Shown: in pieces, positions 46,851 to 58,566 of the stretch
How the letters are laid out: every line of letters begins with the position of its first letter
Numbering within the stretch: position 1 is the stretch's first letter
DNA from: Felis catus
Lineage: Eukaryota
Assembly (NCBI RefSeq): GCF_018350175.1
Contig: NC_058383.1
Location: forward strand, 11,472,001 to 11,536,000
Reading direction: 5' to 3'
DNA: 64,000 bases
The notes under the pieces: generated by a model
Told to the model about the DNA's origin: nothing
Seen by the model: only the letters and a program-made list of their open reading frames with translations
Database searches by the model: none
Translations under genes and position numbers: made by a program

Positions 46851-47559
46851 AGAAAATATACAGGGTATGATCTCAATCCTTTTATATTCATCGAGGGCTG
46901 TTTTGTGACCCAGTATGTAGTCTGTTTTGGAGAATGTTCCAGGTGCACTCGAGAAGAATGTGTATTCTGCTGCTTTTGGGTGAAAAGTTCTGAATATATC
47001 TGTCAAGTCCATCTGGTCCAATGTATCATTCAGGGCCATTGCTTCTTTATTGATTTTCTGCTTAGTTGATCTGTCCATTGTTGTAAGTGGAGTATTAAAG
47101 TCACCTATAATTATTGTATTGTTATCAATAAGATTCCTTGTGTTTGTGATTAATTGATTTGTATATTTGGTTATTCCAAGTTGGGGGAATAAACATTTAC
47201 AATTGTTAGGTCTTCTTGATGGAGAGACCCCTTAATTTTGATAGAATGCCCTTCTTCATCTTTTGTTACAGTCTTTAGTTTAAAATCTAGTTTTTCTGAT
47301 AGAAGTATGGCTACTCCAGCTTTCTCTTGACTTCCAGTAGCATGATAGGTAGTTCTCCATCCCCTCACTTTCAATCTGAAGGTGTCCTCAGGTCTAAAAT
47401 GAGTCTCTTGTAGACAGCATATAGATGGATCTTGTTTTTTTTTTTTTTTTTATCCATTCTGATACTCTATGTCTTTTGGTTGGAGCATTTAGTCCATTAA
47501 TGTGCAGTGTTATTATAGAAAGATAGGGGTTTAGAGTCATTGTGATGTCTGTAGGTTTC

Positions 47560-48465
47560 ATGCTTGTAATGATGTCTCTGGTACCTTGTGGTCCTTGCAA
47601 CATTTCACTCAAAAAATCCCCCTTGGGATCTCTTGTAGGGCTGGTTTAGTGGTGATGAATTCCTTCAGTTTTTGTTTGTCTGGGAAAGCCTTTTTCTCTC
47701 CATCTAGGATTCTTGGCTGCGTATTTTTCTTATTCAGCACATTGAATATTTCCTGCCACTCCCTTCTGGCCTGCCAAATTTCAGTGGACAGGTCTGCTAC
47801 TACCCTTAGGTGTCAACCCTTTTCGGTTAAGGCCTGTTTGTCCCTCGCTGCTTTCAGAATTCTGTCTTTGTCTTTGTCTTTTGCCAGTTTCCGTACGATA
47901 TGCTGTGGAGTTGACCTGTTCTTGTTGATTCTGAAGGGAGTTCTCTGTGTCTCCTGGACTTGGATGTCTGCTTCCGTCCCCAAAATAGGGAATATATAAT
48001 TTGTTCAAATCAACCTTCTGCCCCGTTCTCTGTCTCTTCTTCCTCTGGAACTCCTATGATGCGGATATTATTACGTTTCACTGAATCACTTAGGTCTCTA
48101 ATTCTCCCCTCGTGGTCTAGTATTTTCTAACCTGTCTTTTTTCTGGCTTCCTCATTTTCCATAATTTTATTTTCTATTTCCCTTATTCTCCCCTCTGCTT
48201 CCATCATTGTTGCTGTCACTGCATCTAACGTATTTTGCACCTCATTTACATTTCTTAATCCATTGCGACAATTTCTTAGGTCCTTGATCTCTGCAGCACT
48301 AGATTCTCTGATGTTTTCGATGCTTTTTTCAAGCCCAGCTATGAATTGTATGACGGTTATTCTAAATTCTTGTTCAGACACATTGTTTATATATGTTTTG
48401 AGCAATTCTTTGGCTGTCATTTCTTCCTGGAATTTCTTTTGAGGAGAATTCTTCCGTTTCGTCAT
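47560..48465 (-). pseudogene. L1 ORF1p, disrupted
   Basis: ORF 48127-48465 MTKRKNSPQKKFQEEMTAKELLK...EFRITVI coiled-coil N-terminus of carnivore ORF1p. Confidence 0.88.
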
Positions 48466-48494
48466 TTTGGCTAGTTTTCTGTCTTTTGTGTGTT

Positions 48495-48740
48495 TTTTTA
48501 TTATTATTATTGTTATTATTATTTAAAAAAAATTTTTTTAACGTTTATTTATTTTTGGGACAGAGGGAGACAGAGCATGAATGGGGGAGGCTCAGAGAGA
48601 GGGAGACATAGAATCTGAAACAGGCTCCAGGCTCTGAGCTGTCAACCCAGAGCCCGACGCGGGTCTCGAACTCATGGACCGCGAGATCGTGACCTGAGCT
48701 GAAGTCGGACGCTTAACTGACTGAGCCACCCAGGCGCCCC
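48495..48740 (-). mobile_element. SINEC_Fc in L1 5'UTR
   Basis: TSD tgtgtgtttt. Confidence 0.97.
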
Positions 48741-49166
48741 TGTGTGTTTTAATAGCTTGTCATGTGTCCTGCCCCTGTGAGTACTACTATATTGAAAAGG
48801 GGTCATGCACTGTCCAGGGCCTGGCCCTTCAGGAGGTGTTTTTGGAGCGTGTTGTGTGCTCTGTGTTGTGGTGACTCCAGTTGCCTTATCCCCCTACTTG
48901 TGGTGGTGGTTTTGACCTTCACCAGGTGTGCTTTGATCTGTTCACTGAAGTAGCCCTGGAAAAAATAAAAAATGAGGGGTGGTGGTGGGAGAAACCTTAT
49001 CCCATACAAAGAGAGAAATGACAGGGAAGGGGGGGAAATTGACCAGGCAGAGAATCAAAGACACTATATGGCTTAATCCAGAAAGAGAGAGAAATAAAGA
49101 AGGCAATACAGGAGGGGTGTAAAAAGAATAGATAAAAAAATGCCTGCTTAAACACACCAACAACTT

Positions 49167-49375
49167 GGGGCGCCTGGGTGGCTCAGTCGGTTGGGCGTCC
49201 GACTTCAGCTCAGGTCATGATCTCGCGGTCTGTGGTTTCGAGTCCCACGTCGGGCTCTGTGCTGACTGCTCGGAGCCTGGAGCCCGCTTCCGATTCTGTG
49301 TCTCCCTCTGTCTCTGACCCTCCCCCATTCATGCTCTGTCTCTCTCTGTCTCAAAAATAAATAAACATTAAAAAC
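49167..49375 (+). mobile_element. SINEC_Fc2-like in L1 5'UTR
   Basis: degraded TSD aaacacaccaacaac / aaacaaaccgacaac. Confidence 0.96.
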
Positions 49376-49422
49376 AAACAAACCGACAACCAGAATAGAG
49401 AAGGGAAGAAAGAAGAAGAAAA

Positions 49423-49424
49423 AA

Positions 49425-49488
<64 letters not shown>

Positions 49489-49490
49489 AA
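49423..49490. repeat. (GAAA)n microsatellite
   Basis: directly visible. Confidence 0.97.
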
Positions 49491-50424
49491 TAATGAGAAT
49501 TGACCAAAATTCAAATCAGAAAATGCAAAACCGCCTGACAGGTGTCTGATGGTGACTTAGGACCAGTGGCTATGCTGGCCTGGAGAAAGGGCTGTCTGGT
49601 TCGGTCAGTGTCAATCTCGCTCAGGTAGGTAAGCAGTTACTAGGCTGGGGGGCGGGATTTAGTATAAGCGGGTCCTGCCTCCATCGGGGGCCCGCTCTCC
49701 TATTCCCTGAAGCCCCACTGTGTTGGTGATGGGGAGAAAAAAGGCGACACCCCAGTCTCTCCTCTCTGGACCGGGTGTCCCAAACCCCACTGTTCGGGCC
49801 GTCCTCACAGCCCCACTTGAGTGGGGCGGTTTGTCCGGCCCCATTGTCTCCCATGCGTCCCAGGCACTCAGCTGGGATTCAAACCCTGATGTCTTAAAGG
49901 ATCCTGCTCTGCATGCCCCGGTTCTTGGGTAGTGCCACCACCCAGAGGACAAAGGGTGTCCGGCTGGCACCTGCAGGGTCTTTTGTCCTTGGAGCGACAA
50001 TATGCCTTCTTCCCACAGCACCAGAGGGAGGGGACTGCTCTCCCAATGAGCCTCTGAGCTCACTATTGAGCCCGGGGCTGGCTCCCACTCCCCCCACAAG
50101 GGCATCTGCGGTCCAGAGAAAGTCAGGCCAATCCTGGATCTTCACTACTAAGGCTGTTTGCAAGTTAGAAAAACTGGCTCCCTCCGTTTTTTTCTTTCTT
50201 TCTTTCCTCTGTGGTTTGGAGAGGTTTTTCTCTTGTCCAAATACAATCTTACGCTCCCACAGCCTCCATTTCTCTTCCTTTTGTCTCTCCACCGAAGGGG
50301 TTACTCATGCTCCGTGCCTACAACCCTCTTTTTATCTCTCCCAATTTGCAAGCACGCACCTCTGTCCCACCAAGGGCTTACCATTATAGATAACCGTCCA
50401 AACCTTCTTTGTACTCTTCTTCTT

Positions 50425-50627
50425 CTTTTTAATGTTTATTTATTTTTGAGAGAGACACAGCATGAGCAGGGGAGGGGCAGAGACAGAGGGAGACACAGAA
50501 TCCCAAGCGGGCTCCCGGCTCCGCACTGTCAGCACAGAGCCCGACGCGGGGCTTGAACTCACGGACCGTGAGATCATGAACTGATCCGAAGTCGGATGCT
50601 TAACCGACGGAGCCACTCAGGCGCCCC
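50425..50627 (-). mobile_element. SINEC_Fc2-like
   Basis: TSD actcttct. Confidence 0.96.
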
Positions 50628-51083
50628 CGGACTCTTCTGATCTCGTTTCTCTTGCTCCGTCACCAAAGAACGCGCTATTCTGAAACCAGTGGTTTTCCTT
50701 CCCGTCCGTGTTCTTATGTTAGTTTCTATAAGAAACGTTAGCACTGCTTTTGCATGATAAATTTTATGCCGATGTTCTCATAACATATCATCCTCTGGCA
50801 ATTTGTGTTTTCTTCATTCAGTGTTAAGTTTTTGAGATTTTTTCCACATCCATTTGTATAATTTCATAGTTTAGTTGTTAACTGCTGTGCCATGCTCCAT
50901 TGTAGAATGCATTTCAGTTATTTTTCCCGTTTCCCTATTGGTGAATGTTTGGGTTATTTCTAATATCTCACTTGTATATAAGTTGACACGAGCATACTTC
51001 AATGTCGTTATGTAGGGACATCAGAGCTCCTCTGAGAAATGCACTGAGGGGTGGTGGTGTTGCATTGAAAGAGTTGCAGAGCA

Positions 51084-51306
51084 GGGGCGCCTGGGTGGCG
51101 CAGTCGGTTAAGCGTCTGACTTCAGCCAGGTCACGATCTCGCGGTCCGTGAGTTCGAGCCCCGCGTCAGGCTCTGGGCTGATGGCTCAGAACCTGGAGCC
51201 TGTTTCCGATTCTGTGTCTCCCTCTCTCTCTGCCCCTCCCCCGTTCATGCTCTGTCTTTCTCTGTCCCAAAAATAAATAAATGTTGAAAAAAAAATTAAA
51301 AAAAAA
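51084..51306 (+). mobile_element. Young SINEC_Fc
   Basis: exact TSD aaagagttgcagagc at 51068-51082 and 51307-51321. Confidence 0.98.
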
Positions 51307-51649
51307 AAAGAGTTGCAGAGCTTAAACTTCAATGGAAATTGACCACGAAGGTGGTTGTACCAGTTAATATTCCCATCAGCAGGGATGGCGGTTCTGGACT
51401 TCTCCATTGCCCTATTATCATTTTTGTCGGATCACCAGGTATGAAGTCGTACATAGCCTATCATTGTTACACTTGTATTTCCCTGATTACTAGCAGGTGT
51501 AAGTGTTTTAATTTTTTTTCATATTAAAAAATGTGGTTTTCCCTCTTCTGTGAATTATCCATTCAAGTTCTTGCCGCCTGTTCTGTTACGTTGCTTGTAT
51601 TTTTCTATCGATTTTTGGAAATCATTTGCAAAATCTGGTGGACAGTCTT

Positions 51650-51795
51650 TTCCTTCCTTCCTTCCTTCCTTCCTTCCTTCCTTCCTTCCTTCCTTCCTTC
51701 CTTCCTTCCTTCCTTCCTTCCTCCTTCCCTCCCTCCCTCCCTCCCTCCCTGTCTTTCGAGAGACAGAGGCAGCATGAGTGGGGGAGGGGAGGAGA

Positions 51796-51841
<46 letters not shown>

Positions 51842-51964
51842 CCCAAGCAGGCTCCACACCGCCAGCACAGAGCCTGATTTAGGGCTTGAACCCATGAACC
51901 ATGAGATCATGACCTGAGCTGAAACCAAGTTGGACGCTTAACTGACTGAGCCACCTAGGTGCCC
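51650..51964 (-). mobile_element. Carnivore SINEC with (TTCC)n/(TCCC)n-expanded tail
   Basis: TSD ggacagtcttt / ggatagtcttt. Confidence 0.95.
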
Positions 51965-52159
51965 TGAGGGGGATAGTCTTTTGCATGTCGGTTGCTAACT
52001 TCTTCTGCTTTGCTGGGTAGCTTTTTGCTTTGTTTATGGTAGCCTGGAAGGAATTTTGAAACATTAATGAGGTCAAAATTATCAAATATTTCTGTTTCGA
52101 TTTTGCCTTTTGGGACTGAGGAAGACATTCTTGACCAATTAAGGATAGAGTTATTTGTT

Positions 52160-52357
52160 TATTTTTAATTAAAAAAATATATGTTTTTGAGAGAGAGAGA
52201 GAGAGAGAGAAGCAGAGAGAGAGAGGGAGGACAGAGGATCCAAAGCAGGCTCTGTGCTGACAGCAGAGAGCCCAATGTAGGGCTTGAACTCATGAACCGT
52301 GAGATCATGACCTGAGCCGAAATCGGACGCTTAACCAACTGAGCCACATAGGTGCCC
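52160..52357 (-). mobile_element. Carnivore SINEC
   Basis: full antisense SINE. Confidence 0.95.
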
Positions 52358-52559
52358 GTTACTTTTTTTATTTAAAAAATCTCACTTCCCTATGGATAAC
52401 CCAGCGTCCTGCTACGATTGATAGAGTAGTTTTCCCCATTATTGTTTTGTAATGCAACCCGTGTCTCGTACCAAGTTCCCTTTCATGCAGAGGTGTGTCC
52501 ACGGGCTCTCTCGTGGCCTGTTTATGCATTGGGGTTTTATGTATGACCTAATAAATGCT

Positions 52560-52689
52560 TTTATTAAGTAGGGGAGGCATCATGTCCAGTGAGGAGCCCA
52601 GTGCGGGGCTTGAGCTCACAACCATGAGATCAAGACCTGAGCTAAGATCAAGAGTCAGATGTTTAACCCACTGAGCCACCCAGGTGCCA
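52560..52689 (-). mobile_element. Older short carnivore SINEC (lacks the CT tract)
   Basis: TSD atgtatgacctaataaat / atgtatgttctaataaat. Confidence 0.9.
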
Positions 52690-53744
52690 CATGTATGTTC
52701 TAATAAATACTTCAAGAAAAAAATTTCCAGTAGTTTGACCAAGACCTCTGCATTGTGAGATCTAGTGGCCAATCCCATCATGCTCCTTCTTGACCTACTG
52801 GGAACACGCGTCACAGTTGGTCACCGGCTCTCTTGGATTCCAGGACTCAGCAGCTCTCCTTGGTTCCTCTTCCTCAATGGTTGTCCTGTTTCCAGGGTAG
52901 GACAGCATTCCGTTGCCCAACCCCTTCCTGCTTCAGAGCCCCAGGGCTCCCTCTTGAGATCTCATCCCTTCTCTATTCACACTTACTTGCAACTTGCCTG
53001 ATCACTTTCTATCCACTGACGGAGAACGGGACTCTATGTTTATCTTCTTGGAACTGATCTCGGTTTAGTATTATGTCCATTCATGTCTACGAGGCACCTC
53101 TTCTCCGGCTACTGCTTTGGAGCTTGTACTTGCCTCCTCATCTGTAAGCATTTACTCCAAAAATTCTTACCGTGTGCGTCCGATGAAGTTTCAAGTTGAT
53201 AATGACTTTTGTTTTCTTTTGAAAAGCACACGGGCGTTAGACTGCTTTAACTACAGTCGCCCTCATTTAATTTCTATTTAATTGTTACTGAGTATTCTAG
53301 TTCCATGTTGCTTTAACCTAACTAAAACTGTACTCTTATTTTTTTTTTTTTTTTTTTTACTATATATGCTTATTGGACACGAGCATCTCTGCCTTTTTCG
53401 GGGGATGCTCCATGCTGGTTCTTGGACTCTGTATCTTCCTTCTGGGATCAGTTTCATTCTTACTAAACTTCATTTTCAGCTGTTCTTTCGTAGAGCGCGT
53501 GTGAACGGGCATATTTCTCTGGCTTTATCTGCAAATGTTTTCCTGTTCCCCTCATTCTTAGTTTTCAGTTTTAGCATTCCGTGCCCTTCTTCCTTAAAAA
53601 TGGCTCATCTGGCTGCAGAATCCTACACTCAGCCTTATTTTCGCTCAGTTCTTTAAAACTGTTATTCTGTGACCTTCTTCTGGCAACTGCTGTTGCCGAT
53701 AAGAAGACTGTGCTGTTTATCATTCAGCTTTAGAGAGTTTTCTT

Positions 53745-53999
53745 TTTTTTTTTTTTTTATAATTTTAATTGTTTTTTTTTTTTTTAATTTTTTTTTCAAC
53801 ATTTATTTATTTTTGGGACAGAGAGAGACAGAGCATGAACGGGCAAGGGGCAGAGAGAGAGGGAGACACAGAATCGGAAACAGGCTCCAGGCTCTGAGCC
53901 ATCAGCCCAGAGCCCGACGCGGGGCTCGAACTCACGGACCGCGAGATCGTGACCTGGCTGAAGTCGGACACTCAACCGACTGTGCCACCCAGGCGCCCC
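53745..53999 (-). mobile_element. Young SINEC_Fc with long T-tail
   Basis: TSD agttttctttttttt. Confidence 0.98.
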
Positions 54000-55380
54000 A
54001 GTTTTCTTTTTTTTTTTCCCGATTCTTCTCTTTTGAGAGGTCAGTCTGGATGTTGGAACTTCAGTCTACAAACTCACAATAGGATTTACCTAAAAAAAAA
54101 GTAAAAAATAAAAAAACCCTAAAAACTCACATCAATTCTAGAAAATTTTCAGTCGCAAATTCTTGGAGTATTGCCTTCCCTTCTCATTCCTGCCCTTCTG
54201 GAATACGTATCTGCCTCCAGATCCGTGTTCGTTCATTGTTAATTCTTGTATGTTATTCTCCGTGGCTCTTTATCTACTTTCATATTTTCCATCCCTCTGT
54301 TGTTTAGTGCATTCTGTTTTCTCCTATCTTCCAGTTTACCAATCATCGCCCCAGCTTTCCTCCCCAATTCTGTGTGTAACCCGTCCACCAGGCTTCAAAT
54401 ATTTATGATTTTGGCTTTTCATGTTTCTTTGCTAGAAATTTTATTATCTCCTTTCCAAACCTGCCTCTCCCCTTTTTTATACTGGTCTGTTCTTCATTAT
54501 ACTTTCTCTTGAAACTATTAACTCTTAGATCATTTTAAATCTGCCTGTTTCACATTTTCTTTCTTCTTCTTCTTCCATTCTCTGCAGTTCTTGGGACCCA
54601 GGTCTCCCGAAAGACAGATCTCCTGACTCATCCTCCGTGTGGTTCATTTTTCTCATATTTCGGCAATGCTGTATTGTCAATTTATACCAATCAGGGATGA
54701 CTTATTTCTATGGGAAGTCTTTGTGCTGGGGGTTGCAAACTTTTCCCCTTTGAGCAGTTATATATATGTTTTCCTATGGATGACATTTGGGGGGCGGGTC
54801 CCCTGACCGGCAAATTTTGTGTGTTAAACATTTGGCTTGTAATGCCTCTGTTTTTCAAATAATGTAACTTAATTTCACAATGTTGTGTTGAACTGGTCTC
54901 AGGTTTGGATATTTTATAGGTAACTTTCTCTCCAAAAGCTTCCATAGACAGCAAACTCCCTGTAGCCTCCCTAGGAAGGTAGATGGACTTCAGCGATTTC
55001 CTATTTAAGGATGAGGCAGTTTTTTGAATCTCTGGGCTTCACGCACATAGCTCGGTTTTAATTCTCCAATTTTTTCTCAGCCCTGAACACATATTCCCTG
55101 TTCCCGGGTAGGAGTTAGAATCGAAACAACTGGGACCTATAATCTGGGGAAGAAACCAAGAGGTTCCCCGTGGAGTCAGCTTGGTTTTCCATTGTGTTGT
55201 TAATTTTTCTTCTTCAATGTGACAGTTGAGGATTTCACAATCTTAGTTTTGAACCCACCTCTGCATTGCATTTTTATACTTCTATTGTTTGCAGATTTCT
55301 ATTGGTTTTGGCAAGGGTGGGGCTAGCCTGTGTCAGCTTAGCCTGCAAATTACCAAAAGCCATTCCTGCCATGTGTATAT

Positions 55381-55712
55381 TTCTTTTCTTTTCTTTTCTT
55401 TTCTTTTCTTTTCTTTTCTTTTCTTTTCTTTTCTTTTCTTTTCTTTTCTTTTCTTTCTTTTCTTTTCTTTTCTCTCTCTCTTCCCTTCCCTTCTCTTCTC
55501 TTCTCTTCTCTTCTCTTCTTCTTTTTTTTTAAGTTTGTCTGTTTATTTTGAGAGAAAGAGTGAGAGCCGGGGAGGGGCAGAGAGAGAGAGAGAGAGAGCG
55601 GGAGAAAAGGAGAATCCCGACGCAGGGCTCAAACCCACAAACTGTGAGATCATGACCTGAGCGGAAATCAAGAGTCGGCTGGGCAGCAGGCGGAGCCCCT
55701 CAGTCGCGCCCC
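55381..55712 (-). mobile_element. Carnivore SINEC with (TTTTC)n/(CTCTT)n-expanded tail and divergent head
   Basis: gagatcatgacctgagcggaaatcaagagtcgg; pentamer array at 55381-55520. Confidence 0.9.
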
Positions 55713-55974
55713 GTGTGTGTATTGTCATTTGCATATTAGCAACTAAGCCTCAATCACCCGTTGATTGGAAAGAAAGCCCGAAGCTCTCACGACAGTGAAA
55801 ATAAAACCAACCAACCAAAGAAGAAAAAAATATTCAAGCTGGTTTGCTGGTTGAAATGATTAAATTGGTCGATTTGGCGCAAGTTAAAATCCGAGACACC
55901 GAGGATCTTGAGTACTATATCGTGCAGTTGGTTTAACGTCGGACGTTCCTGAATCTGAACCTTACTTGGCTTCT

Positions 55975-56115
55975 CTCGAGTGGTTGAGCCTGGGAGCATC
56001 ACTTCTCTGAAACTTGCCTTCCTCCTCTGTGGAATGGTGATGGTACCCACTCCCCATGTTTTTAGCCAGAGTTTTAAAAGAGTTTGTAAGGGCAAAAGTG
56101 TCCAGAAGAGCACTT
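55975..56115 (+). mobile_element. MIR fragment
   Basis: cacttctctgaaacttgccttcctcctctgtggaatgg. Confidence 0.5.
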
Positions 56116-56399
56116 GTATCTTTGCATTGAATTTATATTTATTTTTGAAAAATGTTCCATTCATCGGACTTTATTAACGAGAGCAGCCGTCTCCATCTCT
56201 CTTTTTCTATCTCTCCTCCGCCTCTTGGCCAACCTACAGGTGGCGGGCCCTCTTTGCAGCCAGTGGCTACACGCACTGGCTGTACAAGCACGCTGTGCAA
56301 GAGTAAACACCGAAGGGTCAACCGCGGGAGCCCCACACCTTGCAAATGCCCAGCGTGGAGGACCCGCCCCGTGCTTTCCTTCACGTCCTCTCTGCCTGC

Positions 56400-56858
56400 A
56401 TTTTAGTCCGGCCGTCGCCGTGGTAACCAGCTGCCTGCAGGGGTAACTTGGTAGCACCTCTCCTGGGTTGTACCAGGCATCTCTCGCCTTCTTGCCCAGA
56501 GCCTTTCTCTCTCCAGATGCCTGGAGAAGCCAGGTAGCCATTCTCACGTGCACCCGGGCGATCCTGGAAGTGTGTGGGGAACCCTCCCTTGGGGCAGCGC
56601 TTGACAACTGGGGCAGAGGAGGCGGCATGTAAAGGTGACCCCTTTCCCTCCCGGGAGAAACAGCCCTGAGGTGCATTCTACGAGGCTTGCGGTGGTTGAC
56701 CGGCTTAAAATCCCAGCCGGGGTTTGGCTTGGCTGACTCCCTCTGGATTGTACCCCTATTCCTTGGGATAAATACCTGCATGTAAGCCATGCATGTAAAC
56801 ACCTGCACATAAGCCCTTGCCTCAGGCTCTGCCTTTTGGGAGAGCACAGGCCAAGACA
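56400..56858 (+). mobile_element. ERVL LTR16-like solo LTR
   Basis: cctggaagtgtgtgggga...ctgaggtgcattctac...acctgcacataagcccttgcctcaggctctgccttttggg...aagaca terminus. Confidence 0.7.
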
Positions 56859-57779
56859 GGTGCTTAATTCATCAAGAGAACGAGAGTTGCCACATGAATC
56901 GGTGAGAACTGATTACATCTATCAAGATTTAAGTACCGAGAATTAAGTGGGAGCATTAATGTGAAGACATTTGTATTGACAAGCTTGTGAAACCAAGGCA
57001 TTCCGTTGCAGAGATCTTTATAATTCATACCATATCCTTTCCTGGAGAGGATATGAGATGCCTCTATGGATAAAGAGGACAGTTGGAAAATCATGTAAAT
57101 TTCAGAAGCTTACAACCAGAGCCGCCGCCCTTGAACCCTGGTGTTTGCTGTGCCGAGGGCGTTGGGTGACAGAACTTTTTAGTGATCAGAACTCTGCAAC
57201 CAGGGGACCCTTAAAGAGATAAGAGATCTTTGTAAGGTATCTCGGAAAATGATCAAAAGTAAGAATGCATTTGCCCCTAACCCTCTCCTGTCTTTGGAAT
57301 GATAGACACGATTACGATTCCCTGGGATGACTCAATGCACATGATTTGGAGGTCAATCCTAAAATCCGGCCAAAGCTGACTTTCCTATTCATTTCTTACT
57401 TGCGGGAATTGGAGAAGCAGTTCTATACATCACTCGCTTGGATGGCCAGTAAGTAATTAGTTGGGGTCTTCCCGATCTTAGCCCCCCTGCAAAGAAGCCA
57501 GTGGTAATTGTGGGCATTCGGATGATAATTCTCCAGCAGAGGACCAGCTTCTGATTCTGATTCCCCACCCGCCCCGCCCCAGGCTGTGCTCTGGAGGTCA
57601 GATGCCAGATGTACAATGAATATGGAAGAAAGAACGTTAGAACAACAGGCTGTTCAGGAGTCTCTGACAATCAGCCCAGAGGTTTTGCTGTGCTGACGGC
57701 TGATTCATGAGTTGCTCATATTGTAACAGTCTGTACTTCGGGCTGAAAGTAACACCTCTCCCCTTGTGTGGTGCCAGGT

Positions 57780-58210
57780 GGCTGGAATTTCCCTCTGACA
57801 AAAATAGAAGAAAATACACAGCTCACCAAAGTGAGGACAGCTCGGGGGACAGACCGCGGAACCTCAGCGTTCTGAAAACCCACATCACTGAGTGAGAGAA
57901 CGGAACACAGGGGTAGCAGTGGCATCCAAAGAAATTACAGGAGAAAGCAGTTCTGAGCTGGAGAAACCTATCTATATTTGCAGATCAGAACACTCCCAAG
58001 CCCCAGGAGGAAAATAGACCAACACCTAGAAATAGTCAAGGTGAAATTGAACTCTGGACAAATAATCACCCGTGCATTCTCTGGAAAGAGCAAGCTAACC
58101 ACAAAAGAATAAAAAATCAAGCTTGCTTTTGCAGCCTTAAGTCGGAGACAAGGGCAAATCGCTGATACAGTTCTGATGGAAAACGGAGTCATGGTTGCAA
58201 TTACATTCAT
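57780..58210 (+). mobile_element. Ancient L1/HAL1 ORF1-like fragment
   Basis: A-rich: aaagaaattacaggagaaa...ttgcagatcaga...acacctagaaata...gtgaaatt. Confidence 0.45.
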
Positions 58211-58498
58211 GGGTGAAGTCACGAGGGAGGCGTCCCCAGATGGGCAATGACTCAGAGATACCAGGGCCCAGCGACATGTGCTCAGAAAGCTATCAAAAGA
58301 TGCGTGCCGGCCGCGCCCAGCCTGTATCCTGATCAAGATTCCACAAATTACCAGAGTGGGCACGAGGAACAGGACAGGCAGCACTAGAGTCATTTAAACC
58401 CAGAGGGAAGTTTCAATCACTGTTGCAAATATGTTTTGAAAGCAGAATGCCCTCCTTAGTTCGGGAAAGACACAACGTTAACAAATAAGCCAGGCGGA

Positions 58499-58566
58499 GG
58501 GGCGCCTGCGTGGCTCAGGTGGTTAAGAAAGTCAATCAGGTCATGATCTCACATTCTGTGAATTTT
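58499..58566 (+). mobile_element. SINEC head only (3' part missing)
   Basis: ggggcgcctgcgtggctcaggtggttaag...tcaggtcatgatctcac. Confidence 0.85.

Larger units (their letters stand above)
42344..47540 (-). pseudogene. L1 ORF2 (endonuclease/reverse transcriptase), disrupted by frameshifts, stops and SINEs
   Basis: many short ORF-track fragments with L1 ORF2 motifs; RT catalytic motif reads FAGD instead of FADD. Confidence 0.93.
42076..50370 (-). mobile_element. Near-full-length carnivore L1 (5'UTR-ORF1-ORF2-3'UTR), inactivated, with 8 SINE insertions
   Basis: collinear ORF fragments: ORF1 N-terminus MTKRKNSPQKK, endonuclease (LSIITLHINGLNAP, HGT-like PGTFSKTDYILGHK, FSDHNAMKLEIN), RT ([39 protein letters not shown]), C-terminus (WKEPKCPSTDEWIKKMW); GC-rich 5'UTR at ~49.5-50.4 kb. 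Confidence 0.97.
50630..55300 (-). mobile_element. Ancient L1 (L1ME-like) fragments; its 3' tip probably lies at ~41635-41730, left of the younger L1
   Basis: gtgaatgtttgggttatttc, acttgtatttccctgattactag, gttgctaacttcttc, ttctagaaaattttcag motifs. Confidence 0.6.

Noticed and set aside
42344..48465. Potentially active L1
   Set aside because: Multiple frameshifts and stops, SINE insertions in ORF2, RT motif mutated (FAGD), and the extreme 5' end is not recognisable
41769..54082. Recurrent near-identical peptides such as [36 protein letters not shown]
   Set aside because: Translations of SINEC_Fc copies, not a gene family
12850..55660. Low-complexity ORFs (HTHT, KERK, EGRK, FLPS, SFLF repeats)
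   Set aside because: Read-through of microsatellites
56161..56847. Longest ORF in the track (228 aa, minus strand)
   Set aside because: No recognisable domain, overlaps an LTR16-like element antisense, and its composition fits a chance ORF in GC-rich DNA
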